Below are positions 53,582 through 64,000 of a stretch of 64,000 bases of DNA, piece after piece. The notes beneath the pieces were generated by a model. It saw nothing but the letters and a program-made list of their open reading frames with translations. It did not search any database and was not told where the DNA came from. The first letter of the stretch is position 1; the number at the start of each line of letters is the position of its first letter. Where the stretch lies: contig NC_087436.1 of the NCBI RefSeq assembly GCF_036321535.1, forward strand, positions 92,382,001 to 92,446,000, read 5' to 3'. The stretch comes from Camelus dromedarius. Its lineage: Eukaryota. The position numbers and the translations under genes were made by a program.

Positions 53582-54689
53582 GTAAGACATCTGGTCTGGG
53601 GTCTGTATGTATGATATAAATGTCTATTCTTTTTTTTTTTTTTTTTTTTTTTGCCTTTGAAATAAATAGAAAGTATGCTTTATTTTTATTTAACTAAATT
53701 TATTTAGACAAAATATTAAATTAAGATGGTCAGTCCAAGTTTTAATTGTCATATCTGTAAGTAAATCATAAGCAACTCTCTTCAGAGTCTTGTAAGATAT
53801 GACTCCTTGGAGGCAGTATAAAAATATTTTTGAACATAACATCACAACCTTAGGGTGTGAGACCAAGACAGTGACCTGGAAACACTGTTAAACTTAGAGG
53901 TGCCCAGAATATATGAAATGTAGATGAATCAGGGTCAGGAACCCACCAGCCTAATTATGTGCTCATTATAATATCTAATTGTCTTGGGGATTTCAGAAAC
54001 CGTATTTATCTCTCTGTTAGGTATAAAACCACTTCCCATCTAGTAAGAAAGAACAGAAAGCAGAGATTGTCCTACTCTATTTCTTAAGGTCAGATAAGAG
54101 AGGTCTTCCGTTATAGTCAGTGATGTCTCTGAGGTTCTGGCTTCTTATTCCTACATGACTGTGTAACTTCCCAACTAACCCACAATCTTGGAGCAAATTG
54201 GCCTCAGCTACAGGTAGGAGGGTCTTTAAAGAGTGCGTCATCATTCAGAAGACACTTAAAAATATCTTCAAGGCCACAGCCAGGAAGTAATGCTGCTGTT
54301 CAAGGAAATAAGTGTCCACCTCTTTTCTTGAACTTTCTCCTACATAAGGCAAGGTTGTACACTGGCTAGCAGAGGCATTTCCTCCTCTGTGCCAGCTTTG
54401 GTCACAGTCTTGGTTGGGAGTGACCACATGCCAGTGGTTAATATCAAAAGTAATGGGATCTGTCTAATTTATTGTTTAAACCTTGTTTTTTGGTTTTTTT
54501 TTTTACTTGTCTGCACAGAAAGGCTCAAGGGGAAATGCATAAGAAGTTGGATGATTAACTGTAATAGGGTATTCCCAAAGTGTATCCCCCATCTTTTTAA
54601 TTTCAGGTCAAAGTGACTGTTTTTCCTAAGCCTACTTGTATTATGTGTGTAGTATATTATTAATAGTGTATCAGTTAACATTTAGATAT

Positions 54690-55650
54690 ATTTGTTTATG
54701 AACACACATTCAGAAGCACTATGTAAGTGATTAAGTGCCATGAAGGGAAAAAAAGCAAAGCTAGCCTCTCTTTCAGGCTGCTGTGATGGGGGGGCTGAAG
54801 GGCGCAAGTGAGAAAAGTGGAAATGGTGGTATTAAAATAGTCTCTGTGGAAGACGTTAGTGGTGTAGACTAGGGTGACGGTGGTGAAAACAAAGTGAAGT
54901 TGACAGAATCCAGATACCCTTCAGAAGGATGTCAGGGAGACCCTGGGAAGGATTGGATGTGGCAGGAGAAAAGGGTCAGGGCTTCTGGCATGAGTGACTA
55001 GGTGGATGGAGGCACAGTTTACACAAATGGTGGAGACAGGATAGAGGCTGAGGATGAGATGTTCGCATCGGTGAGTTTCGGATACTGTGAAATACACAGT
55101 GGAGGGGTCAGGTAGGCAGCGGGATCATGGGACCTGACACATGAAAGAGAAGCCTCTGGCTGAAAATAACAGTTCAGTCGTCGCTGGCCTGCAAATGGTA
55201 GTCAGTGCCGTGAAAGTGGGTTGGAGTTCCTGGATATAAAATAGAGAGTAACGGGAACAAGAAGGGCTGAAGACTGAGCTACAAGTAACTCTGACTTCTA
55301 GAGGTTGATTAGAAAAGGAGGAATTTGCAAAAGAGAGTGCTCTGTGGCTAGAGAAACAGGATGAAGAAAGGACAAGAGCACAAAGCCAAGGATGAGGATG
55401 ATTTCCAGGAGAGAGTGGTCATCCATGTCAGAGACCGCTGCACGGTTAGGTAAGACGGAGGCCGAAGGAATTTGCTGGATGTAGAAAGTCAGTGGCCCGG
55501 TGAGGAGAGCAGCAAGGTGGGGATGACAGAGGAGCCGGGGGGAGAGGGGGCGGTGAGTGGAGACAGTGTGTATGGTGATTGTTCTGGGAGGCGGAGCTGG
55601 AAGGAGAGGAGAGCATTGAAAAGGGATGTGTGTGCTCGGTGGCGGAGGCT
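54690..55650 (-). mobile_element. LINE-2 fragments
   Basis: G/A-rich antisense L2 text (ggcttctggcatgagtgactaggtggatggaggc, gtcaggtaggcagc, atttccaggagagagtggtc). Confidence 0.65.
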
Positions 55651-57229
55651 GAGTTTCTTAGGGGAGAGACGAGAACGTCCTTTAATACGGCTAAGAGTCC
55701 ACTCTAGGAGGAGAAGATGCACCTTCAGGGAGAGCAGCATACCTTTATGGGTGGCTGGGAAAGCAGGGTGAGAGAAGGTTCACAGCACGTGTGAAAGGAA
55801 GGTCTCTATTAGGAAAAGGGGTATTTCCTCCATGGTGTCCAAAAAGAGACAGCGGGGATGGTGCACAGTGGGTAAATGTGCAGGTTTTAAGGGCAGAAAG
55901 AATGGGGATTTCTTGTTGAAAGCTTCCTTTCATTAAGGTGAATTGCGAAAATTCGAAGAGTCTAGAGTGACTTGCAGGGAAGAGGGACAGTGGGACAGTT
56001 AGAGAAATGTAGGTGACGAGGCAGAATGGAGCGCCCAGAGACATTGGGACCATGTATTTACTAATCTCTGGCTGGGTGACTTTAGTAGTGTCCACTTACT
56101 CTGGTACACCACAGAAAGGACTCCTGTTCACCCAAGATTTAGGAGTTTTGCCAGGAGAAGAAAAGAGCAAGGAAGTGGATGAGTTTGGGACCATGTCATC
56201 AAAGCTGGATGCAGAGAGACACGAGTCAAGAAGAGCTGAGATAGAAAACACAGATGTCCCCACAAAGGGGTCCCTATTAAACGTAGTCCTAAAGCACAGG
56301 GATGGAGATCACAGGTACTAATGCAATGGGGATTACAGATGGAGAAAGAGAGGACAGAATATTCCTGGGTACCTCTGGAGGGAACTCCTCACTGTACGCG
56401 AGGACAACACGTCTAAGTGCTGTGCTGGACTCATCTCGGGGTTTTAGCAACAGAACATTACAGGGTAACATAGGTAGACACAGACACTTGAGAAGTCCTT
56501 TGTACCCCTCATTTTTGGTGAGAATGTGTATACACACTTTGTCCCAAGTGAGCCGTATTCTGTCCTGTGCAGTGCCGAACCAGTTTGTTCTGTCTCTTTG
56601 CTAACGCACTGGAAATGTTGTACCGTTGACTAATGATTTTTATCTGTCCGTGTTGCCAACACAATGTTAAAACGTTTGTGCTCATTAACTTAGTTTTATA
56701 ATATAAATCAGGTTTTTTTACATGATGCCACTGGTTTACTAGTAATCATTGAAAAATGATAGTTGTGAAGGCTTATGTGGGTTTTTAAAATGCTAGTGTT
56801 TGCCATTGTGTGTGATTGGGTGTGTACTTTTTAAAAAATGGGTTATCATTTCTGTTTTTAATAAAAGCTGTAACATGCAATTCATTGTAACAGATACTGG
56901 CTTAAATATTTTTTAAATCTGAAAACATTGAACCGGAACTGTCCTCTACCCTGGTGGGTATTAACTCTTGCAGGTTTCTAGGGAGCTATTTTGTAAATTA
57001 TTCCTCTAGGGCAGCCAGTGGTACCCTCGTGCCTTAAAAAGCATAACGTAACTTTCAGGGTACCCAGCGGTACACCCAAGGGATGGTTAGATGTATATGG
57101 AAGGATCAACCTCATAATTTGGCCAAATTTATTTTTTCACTGTGAGTATGAAAGTATGTGAGGCATGACAAACACACAGATGCATGTTCTCAGTGCGATG
57201 ACACATCCTGGAAACCCTCTTTCTTTCAG

Positions 57230-57299
57230 TGCTAGAAAAAGAATGTCAGTGATTGTTCGCACTCCATCCGGGAAGTTACGACTTTACTGCAAGGGAGCC
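57230..57299 (+). CDS. ATP8A1: ATP8A1 exon ~20 (70 nt), [23 protein letters not shown]
   Basis: ctttcag acceptor, GCC|gtaagt donor; RKRMS and KGA nucleotide-binding motifs. Confidence 0.97.
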
Positions 57300-58599
57300 G
57301 TAAGTTGTTATTTTTGTCTTTTACAGTTTTGATTTATGGTGGTTTATAATGTATATGTGAAGTGTTCTGCTGTGGAAATGCAACACAGATGTTAAGCCTG
57401 AAGTTGCTGACATCCACTTTCGGTGGTGTTTTATAGTATAATGTGCAGCCTCTTCTGGTGAAATGCGGAATTCCTTCTGGGCAAATTTGGTGCTTTGAAA
57501 AAGTTTGGCCGAGGTTACTTATATAATTCAATTTCTGATACATAATATTTGAGGTTTATATTTTATAAATACATTAGAAGACAAGTAAATACAAAAAGTG
57601 GTTTTTAAATTATATTAGAAATGTAGCAATCTCTATCAGTTTGAATCTGATTTTTTAAACACCATAGAAATGGAAAGAAAATTGGATCACAATTGCTGCA
57701 GTGTCTTCATGTGGTGATTACTATTTGTCTTGCCTTGTTTTAATTGTAACAATTTCTAACTTTGGTTGGCTTGGGGGTATTGGCTTGTTATATTGATACA
57801 AATAGTAATTTGTCATTCTAACTAAATTTTTCTAGTTAAAATATGTTTACATTCATGGAAAAATTAAAAAATTAAAAAATCTACTGACCAGGACCTTTTT
57901 TTGTTTTTGAAATTAGAATTTTCCTTCTGAACTATACTCTCCATGTACTTGGTCTGTTTAGACTAGTCAGGTAACTTACCAACTTGGAACGTTCCAATTT
58001 TAAATAGAACCAGCAACCTTGCTTTATTACATGGAACCTGAAAACAAAACTTATTAAGAAACCCAAGCTTATTAGTTAAACTCCTGTTGAGAATGTTTTT
58101 CAGTGCCTTGGTTTTAAAGCATTGAAATGCAATTTTTGAATGCCTTGATTTTAAAGCATTTGGGTAGAATTATTTCATGATATCTCATGACTTTAGTTTT
58201 AGAATTCCTTCCCTTGTTGATTCAAACACCTAACATTTGTTGTGTGCATTTTATCTACCAGACTTTGAACTGAATTTTGGGGTTAGGAAGAACACGAAGA
58301 CCTGTCAGGAGCTTAGGACTAGTCAAGGAAATATTTATAAAGAGAAGATTAGGATATAATATTAAGGTATATTGGAAGATCTTTCCCATCCCAGTGATAA
58401 CATCCAGCAATAACGGGTTAAAGAGAGCCTTTAGACCTTCCACTTTAAATGGTTGATTTGTTTCCAGTTTACTACACCCAATTCACATCCTCTTTTCTTA
58501 GTTTTGAGTAATCTGGCTAGACACTTTGAAGAGTTAAAGCATTGAATAAAAAATAAAAACGTTGAGCTTCCTTTTTGAATAATCACAGAGATGGTTTGT

Positions 58600-59420
58600 G
58601 TACATTAACTTACTTATTGCATTGTTTCCCTCCACTCCCAAATTAGCAGTGATATGTGATTGAACACTAAAAAGGCATAAACATATAAATCAGCAAGATA
58701 CATTTGAGAACTACATGTTGTTTGGCAGGAAATAACAAAATGTGAGATTGGAAAGATGGGTGTGAGTTAAGTCATGAGCTCTTCGTGCTCAAGAACTTGT
58801 ACTTTCTTTGTGGATCATTCTCATGCCATTTAGGAGATGATTTACAGTAGAAGAGAGACACAGAGAGTTACCAGTTGAAGCTGTTGACTACAGTCCAGAC
58901 AAAAATTGATAAGGATCGAAATCTTATCAACAAAGACAATTGCAGAGAGGATCAAGAGGACAGAGATTTAGGACTTTGTAATGGATTACATGTGGGTGAT
59001 GAGAGAAAAGATGATCTAGGATTATTATCAGATTTCTTTTTGGTAACCGAATAGACTAATTGATACCACTTACTAAGACAAAGGATTGGGAGCTGCATCT
59101 GGGCCATAAGGCAGAGATGCCTGAATTTCACAGGGGAAGAAATATGGGAGGATGATACAGATTTAGGAGTTAAAAGTATAGCTGGAAAGTAAAAGCAAGG
59201 GATTGATGAGCTCTCATACTAAGAAACTATTGCATGAAAAGAGAGGAGGGCTACATGTGAAAAGTAGGGGATCCAGGAAGGGAACTGAGATTTAGAGGAG
59301 TGTCTGAGGAGTCTGTTGATTCCTTGGCAGAGTAAATAATCAGCAGTGACAAGTGTAACAGAATACCTTAGTGATGAAAGTCAGCTAAGAAGTTGTCAAG
59401 AATACTTTCCAGTTAAGGTA
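58600..59420 (-). mobile_element. Degraded LINE-2 fragments
   Basis: aggactttgtaatggattacatgtggg, cagatttaggagttaaaag. Confidence 0.5.
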
Positions 59421-62109
59421 GCATGATGTGTTCATACTTTAATGTATCTCCTCTATTCCGAAATCCTGGTAGCAATGGATGCAGTATAAAGATAAAACAG
59501 GCAGTATAAAGTAGCAAGTCAAAGGGGTACACTGAACTGAAGTCTTGATCTGAGACTGGTAGGTGTCCCAGGCCCTGGGTTTGGAACCGGGGAGCAATGT
59601 CTGCAGTTTGGTTGCTGTGGGACAGTGGGCACAAATAGTGCTTTCTGTAAAATGCAGATGGGAGCCAGCCTCCCATCTTTAAAATCTCAGACAGTAGTGA
59701 GCTTCCTTGTCCAGGCAAGAGCTGAGAAAACTCACGCTAGCCCCTGCCGAGTGGTGCTGGGGGGGGGCAGGGGTGGGTACATAAAACCACTAGATTGATC
59801 TGGAATGCATGCAGAGAGGAGAGGGCAGGCTTAAAACTTGCAGACACATGAGGACATCTCATGCCAAAGAGGGAAGCAAGCAGCCCACAAACAACTGGAG
59901 CGTGGACTCGCCCCGGATGAGGTCATCTGTGTAGACTGTTCTGACAGAGGACAATCAGAGCTCGAGATAAAGAAACTACATTTGTGTTTAATCAAACAGA
60001 AATTGAGGGGAGGTGGGAATGGGGTACACATAAGATAAATTAGGAATCATAATAAATTTAAGGAGAAAAAAATCAGCAAATGAAATAAGCTCTAGATGGA
60101 GTTGAATGGCTTGGGGTGGAGTTGGTGGATTGGAAGAAGGTACTGAAGAGTTCGTCTAGAAAGTCCATACACAGAGCTGGTGGCTGTGTGTGTGTTTGTA
60201 TATGTTTATAGAAGACTTATTTTTCTAGCTTTTTTCCAGATTTTCAGCAATGGGGTTGTCTTGCTTTGTCAATTTTTATATGGGAAAAAAAAAGTACACA
60301 ATACACAACTTATGTCTGCCATAATAGCCAATTTAGGAAAAGTTACATTTACACAAGTAAAAATTTAATGTATTCAAGAAAATAATCCTACTCTGCTATT
60401 TATATTCCAGAGGAGAAATTAGAAACTTGACTAATATACTTAATGCTTCAGGGACGTTAGAGTGACTGAAAATTTCAAATTAAGTGCTTCCTAAATAAAA
60501 TTCTGTGCCATATGCAAAAAAGACCACATCTGTAATTAGTTATTTCTAGCGGTTCCCCACCGTATCAGAGACAAAAGTACAGATAATTCTGAATGGCACA
60601 CAGAAACACAGGAAATGTTTGTCTATATTTAAACATAGTTGTGTTTAATGTCTTTAGCAAGCATTCCAGTTCGCAGAGTCCCCAGCTTCATGGGCAGGTC
60701 AGTCTCAACTTGATGTTTAACCTGATAAGGTCAGATTCCTTGATGGTTAACTGGCTAATTTATAGCAAGATTATCTACATAATGTCAGTATCAATGGCAG
60801 TGCTTAAATCAGTAACTATGTAAGACGTTTTTTTTCCTCCTTGCCCCCTTATCATTATGACCTTGCTTTTCATCGTATAGTTCTTTTCTATTTGGCTGTG
60901 TTGTATAATGTGGTGTTCCATACAAGTGAAATTTGGGGGTGACTGAGAGCGACATCAAGTGTTTTATTCATTTAACACGTATTTTTGAACACCTGCCATG
61001 AGCAAGGCACTGTAGGTGAGACAGAGCAGCACTGGGACTTCTGACTGAAGGATGAGCAGGGAAACAAAAGTTTTGAATGAAAACTTACTGAATACAAATC
61101 TTGATCATGAAGCTCTAGGCTCTTCACGTAGGTGGCTGTGATCTGACTGTGCCATGCCCCTCCAGCAGCATCACCCAACCAAGATTTTCCACTTTTATCT
61201 TGCTGAGGGCTGAGACACTGCATCAGTAAACACGCTTAGGATTTTCCATAAAGGAAGACTCAGTAGGTTCTGGGCCTCATCCTAGGGGTTACGTATGCTT
61301 TAGTTCCTATGAAGAAAGCTTTTTTGGTTTCTAACAATGTACCAAATACTTGATGTAGTCCTCTGAATAAATGAAAGTTACTTCGAGTGGGAAGGTATCT
61401 ATATGCATGTATTTTTCACACGTGAGCATGGCCAGTTGTGCTTGTCATTTTGAAAACATACTATACAATTCAGGCAGGAGGCGTTTTCTGTCCCCTGCTT
61501 TTGGCAATACTACAGAGGTTGAGAATTCCTCTAGTCTGAGCATCAGACTTCTTCCACTAGAATGCTTAACCAAACTGCAGAATTTAATCTCCCTAGCCTT
61601 ATTACTTACCACTTTTGTTTTTGTGACTTTAATTTTTTTTTTAAGATTTTGTTAGTTTTAAAAGGGCCTGTTTTAACTTCATTGAAAATTTCATTAGCCT
61701 CCGGAAAAAAATAGTTTGTAAGTTACACCTTTCATTCTCAGAAAGGAACCATGAGGGGAAATTATCATTTCCTTTTGCTTTGCCCCCCCTTCCCATTCCA
61801 CCACTGAAAAATGAAAAGAAATTCATAATTGGGGCCTGGAATATTCCATCTGTTCTGAGGTCACAAAGTTCTTTTTCTCTCAAGGGTTCTAAATCATACT
61901 CCATTTGTCTGCTTCCAAATCTCAGCCCAGACTGGGGACCCCAAAATGGGTAATACCACTGAGGAAGTAATTGCAGGTAAATGATTTATTTTTTCCTGCT
62001 CTAATAAAACCATGAAGGCCAAATGCTAAAATTCTTAAAACATTAAACTGGAGCCACAGAACAGCCAAAGGAACAACAGGCAGTTTATAAAGGGGCAGCA
62101 ACTAGAGAA

Positions 62110-62240
62110 GCACCGTGATGCGTAAAGTTAAAGCTGAAAGGGACTTGAAAGATAATCCAGTCATTTAATTTTACAGACTAAGTAAATTGAGTCTTGAAGC
62201 TAAAATGACACAGTCAGAAATATTCAACTGTAAGGCTGTG
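62110..62240 (-). mobile_element. MIR fragment
   Basis: agctgaaagggacttgaaagataatccagtc...attttacagactaagtaaattgag. Confidence 0.55.
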
Positions 62241-62861
62241 CTTGGTGCAAGATGCTCTCCGCTCTGCCCACCAGGCCACTCTGTGGATTTGGAGCTGTGT
62301 TTGCTCAGAGCTTGTTATTTTGTTAGCATCAGTCCCGCCAAGCTGCCCCAACCCCTGAAAGCTCCAGTAGTGAGTGAGTGTGGGGCACATAGCACGCTGT
62401 CCCTCAGAGCCTCCGTGCACGTGAGCATTTTGAAGGCTCTGAGAAGTATTGCAGCAAGGCGAGCTCTTTAACTTTGTTCAGCCCAGCATTTCCCATACGG
62501 TTTGAGTGCTGCACCGTGTCTCCTCGTGACACCTCTGAACACTGCAGGGTCCTGCAGAATCTTCGGGGGTCAGGAGTAATCTTACAGCACATCAGAGCTA
62601 AGTGAGGTATTGACAGAGTATTAGTGGAGTAACTTCAAATTTATTCTGAAAGGAGAAAGATGAAAATATAAGACTAGAACCTTATTGCTTAGTGTCGTAA
62701 GGGAAACTGTTATTAGGGAAAAATATTTTGTGCTTTCACACTAATGCTAAAAGTGATTTTTTTTTAAATACTCATTTGCTGCTAATAATGTTGCCAACAT
62801 CAATTTTATTAGACTCAGAATACTTCGTTTAAGTGTATTATACCTTCTGTTTGTTTTCCAG

Positions 62862-62946
62862 GACACTGTGATTTATGACCGACTGGCAGAGACTTCAAAA
62901 TACAAAGAAATTACCCTAAAACATTTAGAGCAGTTTGCTACAGAAG
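62862..62946 (+). CDS. ATP8A1: ATP8A1 exon ~21 (85 nt), DTVIYDRLAETSKYKEITLKHLEQFATE(G)
   Basis: gttttccag acceptor, AAG|gtgagt donor. Confidence 0.96.
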
Positions 62947-64000
62947 GTGAGTTTAATGTGGCATTAAAGCATGATTAGAATAAAAAGAAATCATATGCTA
63001 CTAATATCTTACAGGATCATTATTATTTTACTTAGAGTTCCCTAAAGTAAGATTTAACAATAAATGTTGATAATTTAGATCCTGTTACATGCTGTTCCCA
63101 CCCATTGTTTTTATTTTGTTTCCCTGTATTAAAATCTTGAGACACATGGTCCCCACGTTTTGGGGGTGTAGAGCCCATAGATTTGCTTTTTAGAATGGAT
63201 ACTATTTAAATATTTAATATCTCAAGCAATGTAGAAAGAAAGAAACATGAGTCAAATAACTGGATATTCTAATCTGAGTAAGAGGAGAAGAAATAAATAA
63301 ACCTCTATAACTGTTAAGATCATTATTCGACTTAGTTTCAGCTCAAGATTTTTTGTTAAGCCCCTACCACATGCCAGGTTCTGTGTGAGGCCTGAGAACC
63401 CATGGTAAACACGCGTGGTCTCCGTCCCACTGAAATACAGTCTAGGGAGTTGATCTGGATGGGATGAAAGGAAGTGAGGGTTGTTACACGTTAGGGTAGT
63501 TACTACAGGAATTTACAGCCTTGTCTCCAAACTGAACAAAAGTGGCCAGTGCTGTATCGGAACCTCCCACCTAAGTTTTCACTCTTTCTGCTTCTGCCGG
63601 AACGGTTGCCGGAGGCACCGCACCTGACCTCTGATCAAATCCTTTCCCTCTTAATCCAAGCTGCAAAAAGATAGGAATGTTTTTTTAAAAGCACTAGGCT
63701 TTGAAAAGCGGGGACATGAAGAGCCTTCTTCCATTTCTCCTCCCAAAATGAAAGAGCACGGAGACCCCGTGTTTACAGAATTCAGACGCGGTGAGGCGTG
63801 ACTCCGCCTGGACTTGGCAGGTACCGCTGCCTCCCCAGCAAACAGCACAGGTTCCTTTTTTTGAGGCAGAGGAGAATGAGGGGAGCCCAGTCCTCCTCTC
63901 TGGTTGTGATGATAAAGATGCTTCAGTTCCCAGACAGATCCCACTGGGCTGGGCCTCCGCCTCCACCCCGTTCTCTCTGGCCTGAGGTGGATCGGCACGT

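Overview
Mammalian genomic DNA, probably from a camelid (two vic-1-like tRNA-derived SINEs; no Alu, B1, Bov-tA or PRE-1 seen). The whole window lies inside ATP8A1, a P4-ATPase phospholipid flippase, on the + strand. I mapped 17 coding exons by translation with canonical AG/GT boundaries and consistent phases; they correspond to human exons ~6-21 (numbering recalled) and include the DGETN, PISL and DKTGT motifs. Two alternative-splicing modules stand out. One is a pair of paralogous 74-nt mutually exclusive exons (15004-15077 and 18293-18366). The other is a 45-nt in-frame cassette microexon (38490-38534). Introns hold L1, L2 and MIR debris, a solo ERV1-type LTR with a 4-bp TSD, a 5'-inverted L1 nested in an older L1, and an antisense SFT2D1 processed pseudogene. 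There is no prokaryotic-type system here. The best candidate for something undescribed is the apparent multi-layer control of the mutually exclusive exon pair: immediate stops on double inclusion or skipping, a regenerable recursive 5' splice site, a hairpin over the 7a donor and a long AG-free zone before 7b. The regulatory roles are inference.
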